From: Coriobacteriia bacterium
Lineage (GTDB): Bacteria; Actinomycetota; Coriobacteriia; Anaerosomatales; JAAXUF01
Direction of reading: 5' to 3'
Assembly (NCBI GenBank): GCA_038249135.1
Contig: JBBRWO010000003.1
Span: forward strand, 1,860-65,859
DNA: 64,000 nucleotides
In this document: piece after piece, positions 37,586 through 50,072 of the stretch
How positions within the stretch are numbered: the stretch's first letter is position 1
Layout of the letters: every line of letters starts with the position of its first letter
The notes under the pieces: generated by a model
What the model was told of the DNA's origin: nothing
The model's input: only the letters and a program-made list of their open reading frames with translations
The model's database searches: none
Program-made: the position numbers and the translations under genes

Positions 37586-39447
37586 TCCGCGTGGAGGACG
37601 GCGTGGACCTCCTCGGCGACCTCTCGAGGGATGCCCGGTGTGGCGGCCAACTCCTCGAGGGAGGCCTCTCGCATTCGCTTCACGCTGCCGAACGCCTTGA
37701 CCAGCGCCTTCTTGCGAGTCGGGCCGACGCCGGCGATGTCGTCGAGGACGCTGGCGGTCATCGCCTTGCCGCGCAACTCGCGGTGATAGGTGATCGCGAA
37801 GCGGTGCGCCTCGTCGCGGACGCGCTTGACGAGGTACAGCGATGGGCTGCCCGCTGGCAGGACGACGGGCAGCTCGGTCCAGGGGACGAACAGCTCCTCT
37901 TCGCGCTTGGCGAGACCCGCGACCGGGATTTCGGCAAGACCGAGCTCTGCGAGCACCTCGCGCGCCGCCGTGAGCTGGGGTTTTCCGCCGTCCACGATGA
38001 CGAGGTCGGGGCGCTTGCCGAAGCGGCCATCGGCCATGCGTTCGGGCGAAAAGCGTCGGCGGAGCACCTCCCCCATCATGGCGAAGTCGTTCGCCTCGCC
38101 GGTGTCGAGCTTCACTTTGAAGCGGCGGTAGCTTTTAGTCTCGCTGCGGCCGCTGGCGAATACCACCATCGAGCCGACCGAGTGGGTCCCATGCAGTGTC
38201 GAGATGTCGTAGCACTCGATACGCAGCGGTGGCGCTGGGAGTGCCAAGGCGCTCTCGAGCTGCAGCATCGCGGCATTGAGGCGGTCCTCGTCGTAGCGCG
38301 TACGGACCTTGAAGCGCATGAGTGTGTGGCGGGCGTTGACCTCGGCGAGTTGAAGGAGGTCTTTGCGCTCGGCACGCTGGGGAACGGTGAGGCGAACACG
38401 CGCGGCTCCGGCGGGGCGAAGCGAGCTCAGCCACTCCTCGACGGCGTCGGCGTCCTCGGGCAGCTCGGGCAGGACGATCTCGCGGGGAATCTGCGGGCCA
38501 TCGGCGTAGTAGCGCAGGAGGAAGCCGTCGACGAGCTCAGCCAGCGAGACGTCGAGACCCTTGTCGAGCACGAACTCGTTGCCGACCAGCACGCGGCCTT
38601 CACGGACGACGAACACGTGCACGCCAGCGACGGTCTCTTCACGGAAGAAGCCGACAACATCCATGTTGAGCGGCCGAGACGAGACGACCTTCTGCTTCTG
38701 GCGCAGCACGCGCACAGCCTCGAGGCGGTTGCGGTAGCGGGCAGCAGACTCGTAGTCGAGGTCGTCGGACGCCTCACGCATGCGGCGGTCGAGCTCGACT
38801 TCGAGGTCGTCGTGCTTTCCGCCGAGGAAGCCGGCGATGCGCGTAACGTTCTCGGCGTACTCCTCGGGCGTGATGGCGCCGACGCACGGTCCGGGACCGA
38901 GACCGACGTGGTAGTCGAAACAGGCACGAGTCGTCGGAGCGCCGTCGTGGGCGTTGACGCGCTTCCACTCGGCGCAGGTCGCGCGGCATATCGGCACGAT
39001 GCGGCGCACGGTGTCGATGGTGTCGCGAGCGGCTCGGGAGTCTGTGTAGGGGCCGAAGTACCGCGTGGTCGCGACGTGCTTCTCGCGCGTGAATTTGATC
39101 GCCGGGTACGGGTCGCCCAGGGTCAGCGCGATGAACGGGTAGCTCTTGTCGTCACGGAAGTCGACGTTGTAGGGCGGGTCGAACTGCTTGATGAGGTTCT
39201 TCTCCAGCACGAGCGACTCGACCTCCGTGGCGGTAACCACGTAGTCGTAGCTCACAACCTGCTCCATCATGAGCGGGATCTTCTCGCGGTCGTCGTGACC
39301 CTGCACGTACTGCTTCATGCGCTTGCGCAGCGACTTCGCCTTGCCCACGTACAGCACGGAACCATCCGCCGACTTCCACAGGTAGACGCCCGGTGAGTCG
39401 GGGACGTTGCCGATCTGCTCGGCTATGGAGGGCAGGTTGCTGGCCAT
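37582..39447 (-). CDS. uvrC: excinuclease ABC subunit C
   Basis: GIY-YIG N-terminus (PGVYLW...VLYVGKAKSLRKR), a UvrBC domain and a C-terminal (HhH)2 domain. Confidence 0.95.
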   Translation of the reverse strand: MASNLPSIAEQIGNVPDSPGVYLWKSADGSVLYVGKAKSLRKRMKQYVQGHDDREKIPLMMEQVVSYDYVVTATEVESLVLEKNLIKQFDPPYNVDFRDDKSYPFIALTLGDPYPAIKFTREKHVATTRYFGPYTDSRAARDTIDTVRRIVPICRATCAEWKRVNAHDGAPTTRACFDYHVGLGPGPCVGAITPEEYAENVTRIAGFLGGKHDDLEVELDRRMREASDDLDYESAARYRNRLEAVRVLRQKQKVVSSRPLNMDVVGFFREETVAGVHVFVVREGRVLVGNEFVLDKGLDVSLAELVDGFLLRYYADGPQIPREIVLPELPEDADAVEEWLSSLRPAGAARVRLTVPQRAERKDLLQLAEVNARHTLMRFKVRTRYDEDRLNAAMLQLESALALPAPPLRIECYDISTLHGTHSVGSMVVFASGRSETKSYRRFKVKLDTGEANDFAMMGEVLRRRFSPERMADGRFGKRPDLVIVDGGKPQLTAAREVLAELGLAEIPVAGLAKREEELFVPWTELPVVLPAGSPSLYLVKRVRDEAHRFAITYHRELRGKAMTASVLDDIAGVGPTRKKALVKAFGSVKRMREASLEELAATPGIPREVAEEVHAVLHAE

Positions 39448-39453
39448 GGTCGG

Positions 39454-42399
<2,946 letters not shown>

Positions 42400-42465
42400 A
42401 ACCTGGTCCTTCCTCGCGGTGAGAATGTCGGTAATCCCCTATTGTACGCCCCCTGCCAACCCGCG

Positions 42466-42509
42466 GAAACGTTCACGCCCGCGACACCGTGCCGAAACAC
42501 TCCCGCAAC
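42466..42509 (+). promoter_or_regulatory. candidate GlnR/OmpR-type binding array upstream of amt
   Basis: Four xxxAC pentamers repeat with an exact 11-nt period: TTCAC(42472)-n6-GACAC(42483)-n6-GAAAC(42494)-n6-GCAAC(42505), plus GAAAC at 42466. This resembles the actinobacterial GlnR box gTnAC-n6-GaAAC. The array lies about 100 nt upstream of ATG 42606. Confidence 0.35.
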
Positions 42510-42605
42510 AAAGCCCCCGTACGGTTGCCAAGTCATCTGCCGACGTCTCTTGGAAATACGGCCGAAACCGACCGAGAGACTCAACAAGAAGTGAGGAGGA
42601 CGACG

Positions 42606-43844
42606 ATGCCTGAGATCAACTCCGGCGACACAGCCTGGCTGTTGGCATCTGCCGCCCTGGTGCTGTTCATGACTCCGGGGCTCGCAGCGTTCTACGGTGG
42701 CATGGTTCGGCGCAAGAACGTGCTGGATACGACGTTGCAGAGCTTCTTCGCTATGGGCCTGATCGGTGTGTTGTGGGCGGTCGTGGGATACTCCCTCGCT
42801 TTCACCACGATCGAGGGTCCGCTGGCTCCGTTCATCGGCGGCCTGAGTTTCGCCGGTCTGAACGGAATCGGCGGAACGGTGCACGAGTTGGCCGGCTCGA
42901 TTCCCCAGTCCGTGTTCGCCATGTTTCAGGGAATGTTTGCGATCATCACCGTCGGCCTCATCACGGGTGCCGTCGCTGAGCGCATGAAATTCAAGGCGTA
43001 CGTCGCCTTCGCGCTCCTGTGGTCGCTCTTCGTCTACTCTCCCCTCGCCCACTGGGTGTGGCAGCCGAGTGGCTGGCTGTTCAAGCTGGGCGCGCTCGAC
43101 TTCGCGGGCGGAACCGTCGTGCATATCTCCTCGGCAGCTGCCGCGGTGGCAGCGGCGATCGTACTGGGACGTCGCAAGGGGTACGGCAAGGACAAGTTCC
43201 ACCCGCACAACCTCACCATGACGGTGATGGGCGCCGGCATCCTGTGGTTCGGCTGGTTCGGCTTCAATGCCGGCTCCGCCTTGACCGCCGGTGACCTCGC
43301 CGGTACCGCGTTCCTCAACACCAACATCGCCGCAGCAGCCGCGGTCCTCACCTGGACCGGCATCGAGTGGATGCGTGCCGGCAAGCCTACCGCGCTCGGC
43401 GCCGCCTCCGGCGCCGTGGCCGGCCTCGTCGCGATCACTCCCGCGTGTGGGTTCGTCGAGCCGTGGGCCGCACTGCTCATCGGTGGCATCGCCGGAGTCG
43501 CCTGCTACTACGGCCTCAGCATCAAGGGCAAGCTCAAGATCGATGACGCGCTCGACGTTCTGGGTATCCACGGCGTAGGCGGTACGCTCGGCGCGATTCT
43601 GACCGGCGTCTTCGCCACAAGTTCGGTGAACAGCGCGATCACCGGCGGTGCGCTGTATGGCAACGTGAACCAGCTCTGGATCCAGATCGTGGGCGTCGTG
43701 GCTGCCTGGGCGTTCTCGTTCGCGGTCAGCATGATTCTGCTGTACGCGATCAAGGCCGTCATGGGTCTGCGCGTCGACGAAGACGCCGAGATTCGCGGAC
43801 TCGACCTCTCGGAGCACAATGAAGAGGGTTACATCCTCGACTAG
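42606..43844 (+). CDS. amt: ammonium transporter
   Basis: From ATG 42606 (GAGGAGGA RBS): INSGDTAWLLASAALVLFMTPG...DFAGGTVVHISS...VHGVGGTLGAILTG, which are the Amt/MEP signatures. Confidence 0.93.
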   Translation: MPEINSGDTAWLLASAALVLFMTPGLAAFYGGMVRRKNVLDTTLQSFFAMGLIGVLWAVVGYSLAFTTIEGPLAPFIGGLSFAGLNGIGGTVHELAGSIPQSVFAMFQGMFAIITVGLITGAVAERMKFKAYVAFALLWSLFVYSPLAHWVWQPSGWLFKLGALDFAGGTVVHISSAAAAVAAAIVLGRRKGYGKDKFHPHNLTMTVMGAGILWFGWFGFNAGSALTAGDLAGTAFLNTNIAAAAAVLTWTGIEWMRAGKPTALGAASGAVAGLVAITPACGFVEPWAALLIGGIAGVACYYGLSIKGKLKIDDALDVLGIHGVGGTLGAILTGVFATSSVNSAITGGALYGNVNQLWIQIVGVVAAWAFSFAVSMILLYAIKAVMGLRVDEDAEIRGLDLSEHNEEGYILD

Positions 43845-43864
43845 CGCGAGCATCAACCACATGA

Positions 43865-44230
<366 letters not shown>

Positions 44231-44231
44231 C

Positions 44232-46538
44232 ATGCGCTCCTATCTCGCGGCACGTGAGACGCTCATCTCCTCGGCGACACCGAGCGTGGATGCGGCTCGT
44301 GCACTCGCAGCACTGACCGACGACGCCGTCCGGGAACTCACCCGGGCGGCTTCGTCGCGCTCAGTGGGGCGTGTGGCCGTGGTGGCGCTGGGTGGCTGGG
44401 GCTCAGGCGCACTGCTGCCGTCGAGCGACCTCGACCTGCTACTGCTCTCGGACTCCTCCGCCGAAAAGTTGAAGCCGTTTGTGGAAGCGGTGCTGTATCC
44501 GCTGTGGGATGCGGGGCTGGAGGTGGGTCACCAGGTCCGCTCCCCCCGTGAGCAGCAACACGCCATTCGCGACGATCTGACGACTCGCACCGCCGCGCTG
44601 ACCGGCCGAGTGCTTTCCGGCGAGGCCGATTGGGCTCAGCGTGCGCTCGCCACCGGCGCGGCAGATGCAGCGAAGCACGGCCGCGCGATCATTGGAGAGC
44701 TACAGGCCCGTCCGCGACCCGGATCACCGTATCTCCTCGAGCCCGACCTCAAGGACGGCACCGGCGGCCGTCGCGACTACGACGAACTCACCTGGACCGC
44801 GGCGATACTGAGCGGAAGCGTGTGCCACGACCCGAGTCTGCTGGTGGAGCTCGGCCTCCTCTCCGCCGAGGAGTACGAAGCGCTTTCGCGCCACGCGGAT
44901 ATCGTCACGGCGGCCCGGTTCGAACTCGCCCGCACCGGAGGTGGCAACTTCCTTTCCCTCGACGCGGCCGATTCGCTCGTTCACTGCGATGCCGATGCCG
45001 TGCAACTCGCGTTGGCTGAGACCGCGCTGCTCCTCGATCGTGCACGCGAGCGTGTGGTGCAGCGGGTGGGTGCGCCGCGAGGGGGATCAGCACGTGGCGC
45101 CTCGGGGCCCGGCCCGGAGCCGTCCGTCGCGCTCAGCGCCGGCCGGTTGGCTCCGGCCGACGTCTTCTCGCTGCTGGATGCCGGCGAGTCCTCGCGACCA
45201 GCGCTCGAACTCGCTGCCCAGTCCGGCGGACTCGATTCGCTTCTCCCGGGAATGCGCGACCTGATGACGACCAGACGGTCGGGGCTCGGACACGAACTCA
45301 CCGTCGGCGCGCACTCGCTGCGAGCGGCCATGCTGTGCGCGCACCCGCATGACGATGGCGCGCTCCGTGCATCCCTCCAATCACTCGACAGCCCTCGCGT
45401 GCTCCAGGTCGCGGCGTTGGCGCACGATTGTGCCAAAGCAGTCCCCGGACCCGGCCACGCCGAGCGAGGCGCTGAGCCCGCTCGTGAGACCGCTCTGCGC
45501 TTCGGCCTCACCGCCGAGCATGCCGAAGACGTCGCAGCCCTTGTTCGCATGCATCTACTTCTCCCCGAGACCGCGACGCGCGCAGACCTCGACGACGAGG
45601 ACGCAATCCTCTCGGCGGCAGGGCTGGTCGGACGCCGAGAACTCGTTGCACCACTCCACCTGCTCACCGCTGCCGACTCGATGGCGACCGGTCCGACCAC
45701 GTGGACCCCGTGGTTGAGCACGCTGGTCAGCGCTCTGGTGGCCCGGCTCGACACTGCGCTGTCCGACGAGGTCGACGGCGCGGGAATCGCCAGCCGGAGC
45801 GCTACCGTTCGCGAACAGGCACTTACGCTCACACCCATCGCCTTGGACGGGCAACGCGCCTTCATCGAACATGCGCCGCTCAGGTACCTCGCCAACCGCA
45901 CCGCCGAGGAGGTTGTGAACCACGCGCGGCTTGTCGCCTCGCTTTCGGGTTCCGCAAGCGCCACGGACACGCACATCTCGGTTGCCGCGGGACCAGCGCC
46001 CGACACATTCGCCGTCACCGTGGTCGCCACCGACAAGCCGGAACTGCTCGCGCGCATCGCTGGCGCCATGGCGCTCGCGGGTCTCGACATCCTGGCCGTC
46101 GATGCGTACGGCGCGATCGGCGGCATCGCGCTCGACACCTTCGTGGTCACATCGGCAACGCGTCGAGCGGTCAGCACCGACACGTTCTCCAACCTCGACC
46201 GGCTGCTGTCCGCTGCGTTGCGCGACCGTCTCGAGCTGCGGACTCGACTGACCGAGCGGCAGCGCCACTACCCCGCCAGCGCGAGCGGCCCGATCACCGT
46301 GCAAGCGTCGTCATCAGGATTCGATACCGCGGTGCACATCGTCGCCCCCGATCGCCCGGGGCTCCTCCACGACCTCGCGTCGGCTGTCTCGGCGTGCGAT
46401 CTCAGCATCCGCTGGGCGAAGGTGCTGACGGTGGATGGTGTGGCGACCGATACCTTTCACGTGGTCGACAGCACCGGCAATCGCCTCGACGACGGAGTGA
46501 TCGGCCACCTGGTGATGCGTCTGCGAGAAGTTCGCTGA
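44232..46538 (+). CDS. glnD: [protein-PII] uridylyl/adenylyl-transferase GlnD
   Basis: ATG lies 1 nt after the glnK stop. It has a nucleotidyltransferase motif (GGWGSGALLPSSDLDLLLL), an HD region and two C-terminal ACT-like repeats. Confidence 0.88.
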   Translation: MRSYLAARETLISSATPSVDAARALAALTDDAVRELTRAASSRSVGRVAVVALGGWGSGALLPSSDLDLLLLSDSSAEKLKPFVEAVLYPLWDAGLEVGHQVRSPREQQHAIRDDLTTRTAALTGRVLSGEADWAQRALATGAADAAKHGRAIIGELQARPRPGSPYLLEPDLKDGTGGRRDYDELTWTAAILSGSVCHDPSLLVELGLLSAEEYEALSRHADIVTAARFELARTGGGNFLSLDAADSLVHCDADAVQLALAETALLLDRARERVVQRVGAPRGGSARGASGPGPEPSVALSAGRLAPADVFSLLDAGESSRPALELAAQSGGLDSLLPGMRDLMTTRRSGLGHELTVGAHSLRAAMLCAHPHDDGALRASLQSLDSPRVLQVAALAHDCAKAVPGPGHAERGAEPARETALRFGLTAEHAEDVAALVRMHLLLPETATRADLDDEDAILSAAGLVGRRELVAPLHLLTAADSMATGPTTWTPWLSTLVSALVARLDTALSDEVDGAGIASRSATVREQALTLTPIALDGQRAFIEHAPLRYLANRTAEEVVNHARLVASLSGSASATDTHISVAAGPAPDTFAVTVVATDKPELLARIAGAMALAGLDILAVDAYGAIGGIALDTFVVTSATRRAVSTDTFSNLDRLLSAALRDRLELRTRLTERQRHYPASASGPITVQASSSGFDTAVHIVAPDRPGLLHDLASAVSACDLSIRWAKVLTVDGVATDTFHVVDSTGNRLDDGVIGHLVMRLREVR

Positions 46539-46592
46539 CCTTGAGGTCGCCCAAGCGGTACGATTGACCCCCACGCTGCCAAGGAGGCGCGC

Positions 46593-47156
46593 ATGCCCAT
46601 CTACACCCGCCGAGGAGATCGCGGCGACACCTCACTCGCCGACGGAGCCCGCATCAGCAAGACATCCATTCGTGTGGAGGCCTACGGCACCGTCGATGAA
46701 GCCAACAGCGCCGTGGGCTTCGCGCGCGCAGCGGTGACCGACCAAGAACTCGACGACGTGCTGCGCTTTGTCCAGCAGCGGCTCTTCAACTGCAGTTCGT
46801 CGCTCGCAACACCTGCCGAGAGTCACACCGACACAACGCCGGTCATCGACGCAGCCGACATCGCGTTCCTGGAATCCGCGATCGATAGCTTCATGGAGTG
46901 CTCGGGTCCGCTGACGCACTTCGTGATCGAGGGCGGCTGCGAACCCGCCTGTCGACTTCACATCGCGCGGGCCATCACGCGCCGAGCAGAACGCCGCCTT
47001 GTCGCCCTTGCGGCCGAGAGCGACATTGACGTACAGGTCGAAGCGTTCGTGAACCGGCTGTCAGACCTGCTGTTTGCGTGCGCACGCTACGCGAACCATC
47101 TCGCCGGGATCACCGAAGAGATGTGGGACCCGAACGCGGCACGTCCTGAGCTCTAA
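46593..47156 (+). CDS. PduO-type ATP:cob(I)alamin adenosyltransferase
   Basis: MPIYTRRGDRGDTSL...EAYGTVDEANS...HFVIEGG are family hallmarks. Confidence 0.88.
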   Translation: MPIYTRRGDRGDTSLADGARISKTSIRVEAYGTVDEANSAVGFARAAVTDQELDDVLRFVQQRLFNCSSSLATPAESHTDTTPVIDAADIAFLESAIDSFMECSGPLTHFVIEGGCEPACRLHIARAITRRAERRLVALAAESDIDVQVEAFVNRLSDLLFACARYANHLAGITEEMWDPNAARPEL

Positions 47157-47164
47157 CGGGGCAA

Positions 47165-47404
47165 CTAGCCGTGCCCGAGCGTCTTGGTGATCGTCTCGTA
47201 CTCGTCGGCGATCTTCTCGCCTTCGCCTTCGCCCTTGTGATAGTCGGGCGTGGCCGACTCCCCGCCCATCGCCTTGTCCATGTCTCTGGGTGTGACCGGA
47301 CCAGCCAGCGTGTCGCCGCGGCGAATCTGCCCTTTGATCGCGAAGAAGAACGCTATCAGCGCACCGATTACGACCACTACCCAGAATATTTGCAGACCCA
47401 ACAT
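47165..47404 (-). CDS. small single-TM protein with acidic C-terminal tail (hypothetical)
   Basis: ATG 47404 has a GGAGG RBS 7 nt upstream. MLGLQIFWVVVVIGALIAFFFAI is the TM helix and the rest is hydrophilic. No homology recognised. Confidence 0.5.
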   Translation of the reverse strand: MLGLQIFWVVVVIGALIAFFFAIKGQIRRGDTLAGPVTPRDMDKAMGGESATPDYHKGEGEGEKIADEYETITKTLGHG

Positions 47405-47525
47405 GGTGCAGCCTCCGTAGTCGCGAACCGGCCGTATGGCCGGAATCATTCTCGGTGAGTACATTCCCGAGATGCGCAGCAGGTATACTTCAGATTCCGT
47501 CACTTCACAGAGGGGTACGGCACAC

Positions 47526-48347
47526 GTGTCAGCTGCCGAGAAGTACACCGCGCTCCTGGCTCGGCTGCAGGAGCTCAACAGCGTTCTGGTCGCCTACTCG
47601 GGCGGCATCGACTCCACTCTTTTGGCATTCGCCTCGCACGCGGCGCTCGGCAATCGCACGGCCGCCGTGCTGGCCTCCTCGAACACGTATCCCGAAAGAG
47701 AGTGCGTAGGCGCTCGTGAACTCGCCGCCGCGCTGGGATTTCGTCTACTCGAGGTCGAAACGTCGGAGTTGGCCGATCCCGCGTTCGCGGCCAATGCTCC
47801 CGACCGGTGCTTCCACTGCAAGACCGAGCTGTTCAGTCTCCTCGCTCGCGTTGCCGATCGCCACGGTCTCACATTCGTGGCAGACGGCAGCAACGCTGAT
47901 GATCGTAATGACCACCGCCCCGGGCGCCAGGCCGCTGCGGGCCTGGGCGTCGTGAGCCCGCTCGCGGAAGTCGGGCTCACCAAAGCCGAGATCCGCCACC
48001 TGGCTCATGAACTCGGACTCCCTAACTGGGACAAGCCTTCTATGGCCTGCCTCGCGTCACGCTTCCCCTATGGCGAGCGCATCACCGACGACGGTCTTGA
48101 GCGCGTTGCGGCAGCCGAGGATGCTTTGGTAGACCTCGGCATCGCGCAGTTCCGAGTGCGGGCCCACGGCGACGTGGCACGAGTAGAGATCGCGCCCATG
48201 GAATTGGATGCCTCTTGGGCACTTCGCTCCCAGATCGCAGACGCCATGCGGGATGCGGGCTTTGCGTACGCCGCGATCGATCTCGATGGCTATCGCAGCG
48301 GCTCGATGAACGAGGTACTCTCGGCCGAAGAGCGCGTCGAGGGGTAA
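47526..48347 (+). CDS. larE: PP-loop ATP pyrophosphatase, LarE-like sulfur transferase
   Basis: The PP-loop is VLVAYSGGIDSTLLA. The motif MACLASRFPYGERIT matches the LarE Cys loop. GTG 47526 is chosen by alignment of the N-terminus to the LarE architecture. Confidence 0.75.
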   Translation: MSAAEKYTALLARLQELNSVLVAYSGGIDSTLLAFASHAALGNRTAAVLASSNTYPERECVGARELAAALGFRLLEVETSELADPAFAANAPDRCFHCKTELFSLLARVADRHGLTFVADGSNADDRNDHRPGRQAAAGLGVVSPLAEVGLTKAEIRHLAHELGLPNWDKPSMACLASRFPYGERITDDGLERVAAAEDALVDLGIAQFRVRAHGDVARVEIAPMELDASWALRSQIADAMRDAGFAYAAIDLDGYRSGSMNEVLSAEERVEG

Positions 48348-48352
48348 CGTCT

Positions 48353-49708
48353 CTACCCCGCCAGCTCTCGCAGCATGGCACGAATCGCAGCAGGCATGCG
48401 CTGTTGCAGCCGCACCGGATCCATCATCTGCTGCGCGATGAGCTTGGTCGCGAACGGCTTGGCCGCCTCGGTGATATCGATGTCGGGATAGAGCGCCCGT
48501 GCCACTCCCTCGACCGTGACCAACGCCTTGATGAGCAGGCCGTAGCCCATCGGCACCTCGACGCGCTCGTCATTCATGATGCGCAGAAACCCGATCGCGA
48601 AGCCGCGAACATCGCGCGGTGCATCTGCGAGCGTCTCGGCCATGACCTCGCCAACACGCTGCCGGACCCTCGCGCGAGCCGCCTCGGGCACCACCAGCCC
48701 CAGCTTCGCCGAGTACGCCAATGCCCGGTCAGCGTCTCCGTACACGGTCGCGGTGAGGAACTGCGCGATCGCGTCACGCTGCTCGGGCGCTGTCTCACCC
48801 ACAATGCCGAAGTCGAGGTAGCAGATACGGCCATCCGGGGTCACGAACATGTTGGCGGGGTGCAGGTCGGCATGGTAGCGACCTGTCACGAGAACCTGAC
48901 GCATGAACACGTCGGCGCCGTGGACCGCGAGTTCTCGCCCATCGATGCCTGCCCGCGCCGCCTCGTCGAGCTCCGAGAGCCTCCAGCCATCCACGAACTC
49001 CATCGCCAGCACCCGCCGAGACACGCGCGGCCACACAATTCGCGGCACGAACACGACGGGATCGCCGGCGAAGTCGAAGGCGAAGCGATCGGCGACGCGC
49101 GCCTCGTTGCGCAGGTCGCACTCCGATGCCAGCGTGCGCGAGAACTCGGCGAACAGCGCTGGCAGGTTGAAGCGCTTCAGCGCGGTGAACCGTGCGAGTC
49201 GCTCGATGGCGGGCGCAGCGGCGGCGATGTCAGCGAGGATGCTCTCCTCGACGCCGGGACGCACGACCTTGATCGCAAGCGGCGTCCCCGCCGGCAGCAC
49301 GTCGCCCACAACCGGACGGTACTCCTCGGCCAGCGTGGCGCGGTGGACCTGCGCGATGGATGCCGAGGCGACCGGAGTGTCCTCGAAGCTCGCGAACAAC
49401 TGCTCGGGGTCGCGGCCAAAGTCGGCGCGAATGACACGGCGGATGGCGTCGGCGGGCATCGCAGGGACGTTGTCGCAGAGGAACTCCATCTCAAAGACCC
49501 ACTCGGCGGGAAAGATGTCGGGGCGTACCGAGATGAGTTGGCCCAGCTTGATCCACGCCGGTCCCAGGTCCTGAAATGCGAGCCGAAGCTGCCGTGCTGT
49601 GGCTGCGCGGCGAGTGGTGGCGGGCGCGAGCCCGAACCGAGCAGCCGCGATCGCCTTCCAGCCGCGAGACCATGCCACGGCCGCGATGCGTCCCCCGCGT
49701 GAGGCCAC
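48353..49708 (-). CDS. ABC1/UbiB-family atypical kinase
   Basis: LGPAWIKLGQLISVRPDIFP...ASIAQVH...HADLHPANMF are ABC1 motifs. GTG 49708 is the first start after the upstream stop at 49713. Confidence 0.85.
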   Translation of the reverse strand: MASRGGRIAAVAWSRGWKAIAAARFGLAPATTRRAATARQLRLAFQDLGPAWIKLGQLISVRPDIFPAEWVFEMEFLCDNVPAMPADAIRRVIRADFGRDPEQLFASFEDTPVASASIAQVHRATLAEEYRPVVGDVLPAGTPLAIKVVRPGVEESILADIAAAAPAIERLARFTALKRFNLPALFAEFSRTLASECDLRNEARVADRFAFDFAGDPVVFVPRIVWPRVSRRVLAMEFVDGWRLSELDEAARAGIDGRELAVHGADVFMRQVLVTGRYHADLHPANMFVTPDGRICYLDFGIVGETAPEQRDAIAQFLTATVYGDADRALAYSAKLGLVVPEAARARVRQRVGEVMAETLADAPRDVRGFAIGFLRIMNDERVEVPMGYGLLIKALVTVEGVARALYPDIDITEAAKPFATKLIAQQMMDPVRLQQRMPAAIRAMLRELAG

Positions 49709-49712
49709 GACG

Positions 49713-50072
49713 CTACTTCCCGCCGTCAGCGATCGGGTCGGTCCTTGCGAGCAGCGCGTCGAGCGATGCCTGCATCGACTCGAGTCGTCCGCGCATCTCG
49801 GCGACCTCGAATGTGAGACCGTCCAGGTGTTGCGAGACGTCGGTGCGCGAACCCGCCGGCTCGGCACCTCCCGATGCCAGCTCGGCCTTGAGCTGCTCCT
49901 TACGCTCAGCAATCATCGCCGAGAGCCCGTCCACGAACGCCTCGGGTCCGGCGTCCATGCCCCCGGTCTCCTGGCCTTCTCCCCGTGTCACAGCCGCCTT
50001 CCAGCCCTCGTCCGCCGTTTCATGCACCAGCGCCCACGAGGCCATGAATCGCATAAAGTCGTCGTTGTTCAC
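49713..50072 (-). CDS. hypothetical coiled-coil protein
   Basis: 119 aa. The ATG directly abuts the ATPase stop. The C-terminal half has a heptad-like pattern (LDGLTFEVAEMRGRLESMQASLDALL). No family recognised. Confidence 0.45.
   Translation of the reverse strand: MNNDDFMRFMASWALVHETADEGWKAAVTRGEGQETGGMDAGPEAFVDGLSAMIAERKEQLKAELASGGAEPAGSRTDVSQHLDGLTFEVAEMRGRLESMQASLDALLARTDPIADGGK

Noticed and set aside
37453-39396. 647-aa ORF on the plus strand
   Set aside because: It is antisense to uvrC. The same reasoning applies to the other long shadow ORFs: 26883..28520 (+), 30892..32175 (+), 44981..46192 (-), 48215..49702 (+), 49576..50694 (+) and 57429..58403 (+).
42461-42480. Glutamine (glnA-type) riboswitch upstream of amt, because of a CGTTCAC segment
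   Set aside because: Only this short word resembles the motif. I could not find the partner GGAAGTA-type segment or the three-stem architecture. A protein-binding array explains the region better.
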